Under the pieces are notes generated by a model. The model was not told the origin of the DNA, made no database searches, and saw only the letters and a list, made by a program, of their open reading frames with translations. Shown here piece by piece: positions 53,508 to 64,000 of a stretch of 64,000 bases of DNA. This DNA comes from Octopus vulgaris. Taxonomy: Eukaryota. Location: NCBI GenBank assembly GCA_951406725.2, contig OX597819.1:34286001-34350000 (forward strand). The letters are read 5' to 3'. The translations under genes were made by a program, and so were the position numbers. Each line of letters starts with the position of its first letter. Position 1 is the stretch's first letter.

Positions 53508-53766
53508 TAGAGGCACATGGCCTAGTGGTTAGAGCAGCGGACTCACAGTCGAGGGACCGTGGGTTCGAATCTCAGACTAGACGATGTATGTGTTTATGAG
53601 CGAAACACCTAAGCTCCACGCGACTCCGGCAGAAGTCTTTCCTCCTGCATCTTGCAGCTCATCTGCGATGGACTGGCATCCCGTCCAGGTGGAGAACCTA
53701 TACGCCAAGAAACTGGGAAACCGGCCCTTATGAGCCAGGCATGGCTCAAGAAGGAACAAACAAACA
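53508..53766 (+). mobile_element. SINE family D with TSD, internal deletion
   Basis: caagagaattgtc on both flanks. Confidence 0.85.
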
Positions 53767-53889
53767 ACAAGAGAATTGTCATAGAGGATGTAAAACTTGC
53801 ATTTGTAGCAATGTTTTGTGTTACCGCAATCAACCACCAGGCTAGCACATCACTGCTATGGATGTTGTTGTCATCCACTCATTGCATAT

Positions 53890-54098
53890 ACTCTTTTACT
53901 TGTTTCAGTCACTTGACTGCGGCCATGCTGGAGTACTGCCTTTAGTCGAGCAAATCAACCCCAGGACTTATTATTTGGAAGCCCAGTACTTATTCTAACG
54001 GTCTCTTTTGCCAAACTGCAAAGCTACAGGGATGTAAACACACCACCAACGGTTGTCAAGCGATGTTGGGGGAAACACAGACACACAAACATATACAC

Positions 54099-54140
<42 letters not shown>

Positions 54141-54668
54141 TCATCATCATCATCATTTAGCGTCCGTTTTCCATGCTAGCATGGGTTGGACGGTTTAACT
54201 GGGGTCTGTGAAGCCGGAAGGCTTCATCAGGCCCAGTCAGATTTGGCAGTGTTTCTACGGCTGGATGCCCTTCCTAATGCCAACCACTCCGTGAGTGTAG
54301 TGGGTGCTTTTTACGTGCCACCTGCACAGGTGCCAGACAGAGCTGGCAACGGACACGAACGGATGGTGCTTTTACGTGCTACCAGCACGGGGGCCAGGCG
54401 AGGCTGGCAACGGACACGAATGGATGGTGCTTTTACGTGCTATCGGCACGGGGGCCAGGCGAGACTGGCAATGGACACATATATATATGCGTATATGTAT
54501 ACACATATATACAGTGGGCTTCTTTCAGTTTCTGTCTACCAAATCCACTCACTACTATAGCCTCAGGCTATAGTAGAAGAGACTTGCCCAAGGTGCCACA
54601 CAGTGGGAATGAACCCAGAATCATGTGGTTGGTAAGCAAGCTACTTACCACACAGCCACTCCTGTGCC
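53890..54668 (-). mobile_element. SINE family B with nested family C SINE (54139-54477) carrying three ~60-bp tandem units
   Basis: Family C is inserted in the (TA)n centre; the unit ggtgcttttacgtgc...ctggcaa(c/t)ggacac occurs 3 times. Confidence 0.85.
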
Positions 54669-54973
54669 TAGAAAGGATGAAAGGCAAAGTCAACCTCGGT
54701 GGAATTTGAACTCAGAATGTAAAGACAGACAAAATATACTAAGCCTTTTGCCAGGCATGCTAACGCTTCTGCCAGCTCATCGCCTTTGCTAACAGATAGA
54801 TGAAAGTTTAATGTTCCTTTTGTTTTTCTGGGAGAATTTTCATTTAGATAATTAAAAAAAAATGTTTCTTAAATGTAACAGAGTCATTAAATAATCCTTT
54901 CTACTATAGGCACAAGGCTAGGAATTGGTGGTGGGTAGGGTAGTCGATAACATCAACCCCAGTACTTGACTAG

Positions 54974-55235
54974 TGCAGGCATGTGGCATAGTGGTTAGGG
55001 TGTTGGATTCATGATTGAAAGATTGTGGTTTCAGTTCCTGCACAGGTCAATGTGCTGCGTTCTTGAGCAAAAGACTTCTTTCCGCATTGCTCCAGTCCAC
55101 TCAGCTGGCCAAAATGAGTAATCCTGCGACGGACTGGTGTTCCATCTTAGATGGAATTTATTTGCCACAAAACCAGGAAACTGGCCCTTATGAGCCAGTA
55201 TGACTCAAGAAGGTAACTTTGCCTTTACCATTCAT
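54974..55235 (+). mobile_element. Family E SINE nested in a family A concatemer (54898-56657, minus)
   Basis: tacttgact duplicated at 54963-71 and 55236-44, with family A sequence continuing on both sides. Confidence 0.8.
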
Positions 55236-55260
55236 ACTTGACTGGTACTTAATTTATCAA

Positions 55261-56128
55261 ACTGGTCGCTCCTCGCGGTGATATAGAGGATCTTCGTCGA
55301 TGCCTCCACCAAATTTGGAAGTGGTCTAACGAATGGGACCTGTGTCTGAACGTGTCAAAGTGCTGTCATCTGCCTGTTGGCTCTCCTCCTGCAACTCAAC
55401 TTGATTTCGAGCCGGGTCGTCTGCTGCTGGAGAGGACCGATCAGGTAAAGGACCTGGGTATCTTGGTGGATTCCTCCTTTTCGCCTTCAGCCCAGTGCGT
55501 TCATGCTGCCAACAAAGCACGCAGAATTCTGTTCTTGATTCGACGGTCATTCGGAATGCTCATAGCAGCCATATTCCTACCACTCTATGTCACGCTGGTG
55601 AGACCCATATTGGAGTACGGGATTCAAGCCTCTTCTCCTTATCTCCTCAAAGACATACAGCATCTTGAAAGAGTCCAGAAGCTGGCTACCCGCATGGTTC
55701 ATGGTCTCAAAAATTTGTCCTACGAAGAAAGGCTGAAGACGCTCGACCTTTATTCTCTTGAAAAACGCCGCCGCCGTGGTGATCTCATTCTCGCCCACAA
55801 CATCATAAGCGGAAAGTGTAACCTCTCGAAAGAGCTGTTCTTCACTCCTGCTCCAGAGCGTCGGCTGCGGGGTCATTCCGAAAAGCTCTACCTGCGACGA
55901 TTTCATCTCAATCGAAGGAGAGGAGCTTTCTCCATCCGGGTTGCGCATCCGTGGAACAAGCTGCCAGACGAGATGGTGAAGATGCCGACGACCGCTTTGT
56001 TCAAAGCCTCCCTTGACCTCAAGTGGTCTGAACTCTTTACATGAACACCACCCTGTACTTAACTCCATGTCCCCCTACATGGCCTTGCTATTTGCTTTTG
56101 AGCCAAATTAACTAACTAACTAACTAAC
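55261..56128 (+). mobile_element. Young 5'-truncated CR1-clade LINE
   Basis: GC/CpG-rich; uninterrupted ORF2 end; short 3' UTR; (AACT)n tail; TATCAA duplicated at 55255-60 and 56129-34. Confidence 0.93.
55262..56044 (+). CDS. CR1-like ORF2 C-terminal portion (post-catalytic RT thumb region), 5'-truncated
   Basis: Open frame extends upstream of the listed ORF (LVAPRGDIEDLRRCLHQIWKWSNEWDLCLNVSKC); KDLGILVD, LYVTLVRPILEYG, LERVQKLATR, LSYEERLKTLDLYSLEKRRRRGDLI are CR1 motifs. Confidence 0.88.
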   Translation: MVAPRGDIEDLRRCLHQIWKWSNEWDLCLNVSKCCHLPVGSPPATQLDFEPGRLLLERTDQVKDLGILVDSSFSPSAQCVHAANKARRILFLIRRSFGMLIAAIFLPLYVTLVRPILEYGIQASSPYLLKDIQHLERVQKLATRMVHGLKNLSYEERLKTLDLYSLEKRRRRGDLILAHNIISGKCNLSKELFFTPAPERRLRGHSEKLYLRRFHLNRRRGAFSIRVAHPWNKLPDEMVKMPTTALFKASLDLKWSELFT

Positions 56129-57294
56129 TATCAATCCTGAAAGGATGAAAGACAAAGTTGACTACAGTGGAATTTGAACTCAGAACATTAAGATACATGA
56201 AATGCCACAAAACAGTTTGCCTGAAGTGCTAATGATTCTTATTTCTTTATTGCCCACAAGGGGTGAAACATAAAAGGGACAAACAAGGACAAACAAAGGG
56301 ATTAAGTCGATTACATCGACCCCCAGTGCGTAACTGGTACTTAATTTATCGACCCTGAAAGGATGAAAAGCAAAGTCGACCTTGGTGGAATTTGAACTCA
56401 GAAGGTAACGGCAGATGAAATACCTATTTCTTTATTACCCACAAGAGGCTAAACATAGAGGGGACAAACAAGGACAGTCATAGGTATTAAGTCAATTACA
56501 TCGACCCCAGGGCATAACTGGTACTTAATTTATCGATCCCGAAAGGATGAAAAGCAAAGTCGACCTTGGTGGAATTTGAACTCAGAAGGTAACGGCAGAT
56601 GAAATACCGCTAAGCATTTTGTCCAGCATGCTAATGATTCTGCCAGCTTGTCACCTTAACGGGCCATTAAATAATAATGTAAGACACACATCAGGCATTG
56701 GTATACAAGGGAAAAAAGTACAATGAGGTAATGTGACCTCTCCACTGTTTACTGATGCACTGTAAACAATTTTGCATAAATTGTGCAAACAGTCTGTGGT
56801 ATTTTGGCTTGTTTTCTATAGTTTATCATCAATACCAATTATTGTGCCTAGTGAATTCATGCTCATTCAGCTCACTAATCTACAACACTCAGTTTCTCAT
56901 TTGTAATATGGTTACATTGATGTATGGCAATTTTCAGATACATTTAAAAATAATATATGCTTTCATCATCATCATTATCATCAACATTTAATGTCCAATT
57001 CCCATGCAGGCATGGGTTGGATTATTTCACTGGAGCTGGCCAGTCGGAGAGCTGGCTAGGCTCCAAATTTTCAGTTCTGGCAAGGTTTCCTTGGCTGGAT
57101 ACCACTTTACAGTGTGCTGGATACTGTTTACAAGGCATCAACTCATGCTCTATACAAGAGACTGGCTTGAGTGCTCTATACACGACACCAGCACAGAGGC
57201 TTTAAATGTGGAACTGGCATTGGTGCTTTGTACATGGCACCAACACAGATGTTTTATATGTGGCACTGGTACAGATTATCTCCAAACTCTCTCT

Positions 57295-57693
57295 TTTTTT
57301 CTTTTACTCTTTTACTTATTTCTGTCATTTGACTGCGGCCATGCTGGAGCACAGCCTTTAGTCAAGCAAATCGACCCCGGGACTTATTCTTTGTAAGCCC
57401 AGTACTTATTCTATCGGTCTCTTTTGCCGAACTGCTAAGTGACGGGGACGTAAACACACCAGCATTGGTTGTCAAGCAATGCTAGGGGGACAAACACACA
57501 CACATACACACATATATATATACATATATACAACGGGCTTCTTTCAGTTTCCGTCTACCAAATCCACTCACAAGGCATTGGTCGGCCCGGGGCTATAACA
57601 GAAGACACTTGCCCAAGATACCACGCAGTGGGACTGAACCCGGAACCATGTGGTTGGTTAGCAAGCTACTTACCACACAGCCACTCCTGTGCC
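57295..57693 (-). mobile_element. Young family B SINE
   Basis: Full length, CpG retained, tataaactct/tccaaactct-like flanks. Confidence 0.88.
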
Positions 57694-58282
57694 TATAAAC
57701 TCTGTTTATGTTTTGTTGTTCGTAGCAACAACATTTTCCTTTGTTTATGAAAAAATAAATATTTTGTTTATCAAAAACCTCGACATAAGGAGTAGTAGGA
57801 CAGCCAACAACTAATGAAGGGTCGTTTTTTATGTTACTTGTCTTGTTTTCCATTTTTGAATAATAAAAGTCAAAGGCTACCCACAGGACTTGAACTCACA
57901 TCTTCTGTGAACATGACAATAGAGTTAATATAAAGGTAGAGCCTTCACTAGAATTTCTGACGTGTCAACTATAACATAAAATAAGATTTGTAAGAAACAA
58001 TTCACTAGAGTAGAATAAAAGGAAAAAAAAACAAACTGGGATTGCAAAATGACAGAGTATCAAAGTAGGTCTAATATTACTGGAATCAATATTATTCCGC
58101 TTAGACATATGGCGTAACTTGAGACAGATAATTCCATATGCATAATAGAGTCAACAATTAGTCATAACTAAATGAAAACAGACAGTTGGTTAATGTGAAC
58201 AAACTGTTCAAAGATGCTGAAATCTTGATACAGCAACATGTCAAACAGTTTGCTGTTATGACTATAGATTTAATCTTATATG

Positions 58283-59675
58283 TAGGCACAGGAATAGCTG
58301 TGTGGTTAAGCAGCTTGTTTTGCAAACATGGTTTCAGGTACAGACCCACAATGTGACACTTTGGACAAGTGTCTTCTGCTGTAGACCCCAGCAAACCAAT
58401 ACCTTGTGAGTGAATTTGGTAGACAGATACTGTATGTATGTATGTATGTATGTATGTATGTATGTATGTATGTATGTATGTATGTATGTATGTATGTATG
58501 TATGTATGTGTTTATGTATTATGTATGTATTATGTATGTATGTATGTATGTATGTATGCATGTATGTGTGTATGTATTATGTATGTATGTATGTATTATG
58601 TATGTATGTATGTATGTATGTATGTATGTATGTATGCATGTATATGTGTATGTATGTATGTATGTATGTATGTATGTATGTATGTATGCATGTATGCATG
58701 TATGTGTGTATGTATTATGTATGTATTATGTATGTATGTATGTATTATGTATGTATGTATGTATGTATGTATGTATGTATGTATGCATGTATATGTGTAT
58801 GTATTATGTATGTATGTATTATGTATGTATGTATGTATGTATGTATGTATGTATGTATGTATGTATTATGTATGTATGTATGTATGTATGTATGTATGTA
58901 TTATGTATGTATGTATTATGTATGTATGTATGTATGCCTGTATGTGTTTATGTATTATGTATGTATGTATGTATTATGTATGTATGTATGTATGTATGTA
59001 TGTATGTATGTATGTATGTATGTATGTATGTATGTATGTATGTATGCATGTATGTATGTATTATGTATGTATGTATGTATGTATGTATGTATTATGTATG
59101 TATGTATGTATGTATGTATGTATTATGTATGTATGTATGTATGTATGTATGTGTTTATGTATTATGTATGTATGTATGTATTATGTATGTATGTATGTAT
59201 GTATGTATGTTTAAATGTATGTATGTATGTATGTATGTATGCATGTATGTATGTATGTATGCATGTATGTATGTGTGTATGTATTATGTATGTATGTATT
59301 ATGTATGTATGTATGTTTGTATGTTTTTGTGTGTGTGTGTATGCATGGATGTTTGTATGTGTGTATGTATGCATATATGTATGTGTGTGCATGTGTGTGT
59401 ATGTATGTATGTATATGTGTATGTATGTAAATGTGTCTGTATGTGTGCATGCGTGTGTGCATGTCATTGTGTTTGCCCCACCTCCTACACCACTTAATAG
59501 TCAATGTAGGTTTATTTTCATCCCCATAACTTAGAAGTTTGGCAAAAGAGGCCAACAGAATAAATACCAGACTTTAAAAAATGTACTAGGGTCATTTTGT
59601 TCAACTGTACCCTCCAAGATGGTGCCCCAGTATGGCCACAGTTCAATGACAGAAACAAGTAGAAAGTAAAAAGAT
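58283..59675 (+). mobile_element. Family B SINE with a massively expanded internal microsatellite
   Basis: Head 58283-58430 and tail 59468-59675 bracket the array. Confidence 0.8.
58431..59463. repeat. ~1-kb (TATG)n array with TAT and CATG interruptions
   Basis: Direct; the 363- and 374-aa MYVC ORFs are artefacts of it. Confidence 0.97.
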
Positions 59676-61329
59676 GAAGGACACAAAGGCAGAGTAGAAT
59701 AATTTGAAATTTGAGTAACTTGCTTACCAAAATATTCTGTTCTAGTCAAATATTTGTTTATAAAGGTGACATATAACACCAGCACCACCACCGTCACCAT
59801 CGCAAACATGCAAAAAAAAAATTTCTAACAAAATTAAAGGCCAAATTTTATAGGTAGACAGGTAACTTTGATCGACTTGACCTTGTAATTTTATTGATAT
59901 TTTAATGGTTTTATTAATTTTCACAACAATTATGTGTCACAAAAACAAAAGATAAAAAAAATATTAATTCTTTCATTATCGTTAGAAACAGTGCATTAAC
60001 AAACAATGTTAATGAGAATACAAAAGTAACATCTTTGAAGTGAAATAAAATAAAATGAAAAATTGTTGAGAAAAATAGTAACAATAATAATTTACCAGGT
60101 TCATGATACCCCATTTAATGTGAGTACAATACATCACACTACGTTTATCACTCACACATACACACACAAGATGATTGTTATCTCATCTATCACTGTCAAC
60201 AATAAATACTAAACTATGCAGAATCTAGAAATGATAGAAGAAAAACAGCCAAAATTTTAGTGAATATTTCAACAAAGAAAAATTAAGAGATAATTTCCAC
60301 CTTGCCTATGCTATGATCCCAGATCAAAAAGACTATCTGTTTAACCTTTGTACAAAGTCTTTATAAATCATTATTTAGTGACTGTCCAGAGATAAGTCAA
60401 TGCCATTACAATAAATACTAGCCTGTGGTTGGCTAAAATAGCTACAGCTCTCCCAGTAAGTATAGTAAATGCCTTTTATTTATAGCGTACACATTGATGA
60501 TGCATTATTCATGTAGTTGTCTTGAATAAGTTAGAAATTCCAAAATTGACCAAAGGAATATATCATTTTCCACTGATCCAAAAGATATTCTAATTAGAAT
60601 CATTTGTGTGCATGTGTGTGTGTGTGCATGTGCACATGAAGGTGTATGTGTGTGCATGTGTATGCACGTGTATGTGTGTGTTAATGTGTACATATGAGTG
60701 TCTGAGTGTGTGTATGCTTAAGAGTAGATGTATTTGCTTTCCTCTATGGCTATAGGTTTTGCCAAGAAGTGGGGAATATTGCAGTTTTCAAACATGCTTT
60801 AGCATTAGATAATGTAGAAATGTCCAACACAAGGTATGATGGACAACCATCATTAGTTTCTCCATTCCAGTGATTACAATAGAGATTAATAAAATATGGA
60901 AAGTAAAAAGACAGAAATAAGGAAATTGAAATGACCAAAGGTGAAATTCTACACAAGTAGACATTTATGGTCAGAAATATTCTCAGAGAAAATAGATATG
61001 CTTATATTTACATTAATGACTTCATCTGATATATGGACTATTTTGTAGGGGTATCTTACTGGTATTTTTGTACAACCTGGAGAGATGAAGCAGACTAGGA
61101 ACTGAACTAACGAAAAGGAGGCACAAGATGTACATTTATTTTATACTACTTTTGTGCTTCACTCTGTGTTTTTCTTTTCAATAAAAGCACAGGTAAGACA
61201 GACCTGTAAGTTTAGAGATTACTTGCTGAACATATAGAGAAGTGATTATAGTTGTGGGGAGGTTGATAGAATCTCACAGAAAGAAACTAAAAGCAATCCA
61301 TATTATATATAGAGAGAGAGAGAAAGCAA

Positions 61330-63890
61330 GGCCACCAGCTCAACAAGCTCAGGTCATTTGACATAGATACAGTGGCCATCAACAAGACCATATTTTCTGA
61401 GGCACATGCCCTCACACTCATCTCCAACAGCTATGAGCTGTGAGCTGTATGCATCTCCAGAGGGTAAGTTGGTGGTACTGGATGCAACCAGCGAATTCCA
61501 TACCTTCAAACTAGTGGTTGACAGGAGCAGTATAGCCAGATTTCTTTAAGAATCTAGAGTCTTTCTTGGGAACACCTACTCTTTAGTGATAGTAGGGATT
61601 GGAAAGGTACCTTTGATGCATGATAGGGCTGTATGGGGCTAACCAACAGAAGAGAAGAGCAAATGACACACATACCTGCTCAGACATTTTCAACTGTCAA
61701 ATAGGTAACAACTGGATTTCCCAACCTATGCCAGTTTGGACATAGACCAACTACATCCAGTCTTCCAGATCATATTTAGGTACAATATTTTAAAGGCTAG
61801 TAAATAAGGTCAGCATAGGTTGTCCACAATTTAAAGTTATCAGCTCTACAGGCCATAAAATTTCTAATCTGAACAGTTAACTTGATAAGTTTCATCGGCT
61901 GGGATTCAATTACTGGAAGAATGTGATTTTCCTGACAAGTAAAACTTCCAAAAATTGAATTAGCAAAGTAGTTAAGTGTGGTTAAATGGGGACAATCATC
62001 ATCAACAAATGGTGGTTTGTTCTGAGAGTGTATTAACAACATCTTTATATATAAAAGTGAAGTTGTGTGTCTGTCTCCTACGATTTAGATTCCTAACTAC
62101 TCCCACATTTTGCGGTGCAGTTTAACCAAAACCGGGTATCTTATAGTCGTGATTCATATCGAGCCCTTCTGGGTATTAACGCGCGTCTACGATGAGTCTA
62201 CGATTTTTGAAAAAATTTACCATCATTTTTTTCCATTTTAATGCATTTTTTTCGCTATCATATAAGGGAAGTAACTCTCTAAAAATGTCTACGATGAGTC
62301 AACGATTTAAAAAAAATTTACCATAATTTTTTTTCCATTTTTAATGAATTTTTTTGCTATTTTTTGGCTATAACTCTCTAAAAATGCTTATATAGTTATT
62401 TCCCTTACAAACCTGAGCAACGCCGGGCGATACTGCTAGTAATTGATAAGGCTTCATAAGGGACAAGATTCAGAAAAAACTAATTAGAACGAAATCTAGT
62501 TAGAAACTTAGAAGAGGTACTTAGGAAAGGCATCATGACTGACATACCAACAGTGAGACTAACTTTTGATCCATTCTTCAGTACAAAGCATAAAGGCTGC
62601 ATTGTTGAAGCTAAGATGCATCCTCTTAGCATAAAGGAATAAAATCCATTTGATGCACCCATGTGACAGAGGTACAACATGGCCATGGCAATAAAGACAT
62701 AGTTCTATCTTTAGTGGCCCATGATGAGTGCATGCTATTAGACCTCATGTAGATATGCATGACTTTTCGATAGCACTTTGCTCAACTTGTGACAGGCAGA
62801 TCATAGGATGGACTTCAATGCCTGCCTCAACAGCTTGCATGCAACTCTCAGCAACAAAGGTAGATGTGAAAAACCAATAGCAGCTGTATGAGAGGCAAAC
62901 AACCTGGATAGAGGCCTATACTATGAGCTTCATGTTTATATGCCAGACTTATTCAGCCACCTCTTGGCAGGTATCTACTGCTACTGGCAGTAGGATGGAA
63001 GAATCCCTAGTTCTGTGAATTAGGAAGCAGTAGCACTCCTGAGAAAGAACCTAACAAAGAGGACCACATTGACCATTTTTGGTTCATTACTCTACATCAT
63101 TGTCAATTTCAAGATTTTGGCCAACATGTTAGTGAAAAGTTGGTGCTTATTTTTAGTAGCTGATTGGTGATGAGCAAATATGTTCCATCCCAAGCAGATC
63201 TATCCATGACGACCTCCACCTCATATGATGCACCAAAGAGAGAGAGGGAGAGAGTGGCTAAGGAACCTGACATGGATGAGATTCTGATCAACTTCACTCA
63301 AAAGCTTTTGATAGGATCATGACAATCTTCACAGTAAAACCAGTTTTGCTCTAATCTTCAGGGACAGAATCACCACAATGTACAGCAATATCTGATCAGT
63401 AGTTACAGTGGATGGCCACTTATCAGAACCATCCAGTAACATACACTCAGTCTATCAAAATTGTTAGAGAATGCAAGTGAGAATGCAGATCTGTTTCAGC
63501 ATAAGTAGATGTCACTGTAATAGTGTCAAATGCTAAGCATACCAAGGTGATCAGCACTGTTCTTAGGGACAATGAAACGGTAACAGGAGTCAAAATCAAC
63601 CAAGAAAAGGCCTACAGTTTGGTACCTGAGGAGGTAGGCTTCTGGTTGAGTCCAGATGGCCAGGTAGAGAAAAACTGTGATGAGGTAAACAGGCAAGGTA
63701 GCCAACCATACCCAGAAATAGGACAAAATGAAGTTATCCCTGAAAGGATGGTGAACACCTCTATTACCTCCATTCTCTATTATCACCAGACCATCATGTC
63801 TTGTCCCAGTTCATTTCTAATCCACCTGGAGTTTCTACTCTTCTGCCTTTTTGAATTTTATCTGTGAAAGAGATGTGTTTCACCATTAGT
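61330..63890 (+). mobile_element. Highly degenerate Tx1/L1-like LINE (APE endonuclease plus RT)
   Basis: Fragments NKLRSFDIDTVAINKT, FKILANMLVK, ILINF...SKAFDRI, SA*VDVTVIV (for SAYADDVTV), ETVTGVKINQEK, with many stops and frameshifts. Confidence 0.75.
62042..62439 (+). mobile_element. Non-autonomous Helitron, young, inserted in the Tx1-like LINE
   Basis: A|TC start, 3' hairpin cctgagcaacgccggg, CTAG|T end, no TSD; internal ~100-bp duplication. Confidence 0.9.
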
Positions 63891-63908
63891 CAGATACTCC
63901 ATTTTCTA

Positions 63909-64000
63909 AGGCGGCGAGTTGGCAGAATCATTAGCACGCTGGGCAAAATGCTTAGTGGTATTTCATCTGCCGTTACGTTCTGAGTTCAAATTCTGCCAAG
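63909..64000 (+). mobile_element. Family A SINE head (runs off the window)
   Basis: ggcggcgagttggcagaatcattagcacgctgggc...gagttcaaatt. Confidence 0.85.

Noticed and set aside
55577-56068. 163-aa antisense ORF
   Set aside because: Shadow of the GC-rich CR1 ORF2; no independent motif.
58406-59534. 363- and 374-aa ORFs (MYVC repeats), and similar ORFs at 51292-52481, 14635-14927 and 17523-17919
   Set aside because: Translations of (TATG)n/(CA)n/(TA)n microsatellites, which lack stop codons by composition.

Overview
AT-rich, CpG-poor animal DNA that is almost entirely intronic or intergenic. The tRNA-headed SINE families and the dense (AAT)n/(CAT)n/(CA)n/(CATA)n microsatellites point to a coleoid cephalopod, most likely Octopus (inference). 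I recognise no intact host protein-coding gene. The long ORFs are either microsatellite artefacts or transposon remnants. Transposons present: at least five SINE families; LINE remnants (R4/Dong-like RLE, RTE, Tx1/L1-like, and one young 5'-truncated CR1 with an open ORF2); three Tc1/mariner derivatives (two mariner DD34D-type, one DD37D/maT-type); two non-autonomous Helitrons; and TTAA-type and hAT MITEs. The most notable structures are: (1) a 5S rRNA copy fused to a SINE 3' tail and inserted as one unit into an old RTE; (2) SINE concatemers with an invariant junction under a single target-site duplication (TSD); (3) a mariner flanked by a ~180-bp direct duplication that abuts both TIRs, carrying an inverted captured segment; (4) an unexplained ~130-nt hairpin; (5) several minus-strand candidate (micro)exons. 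SINE family letters A-E are my own labels, and repeat boundaries were read by eye.
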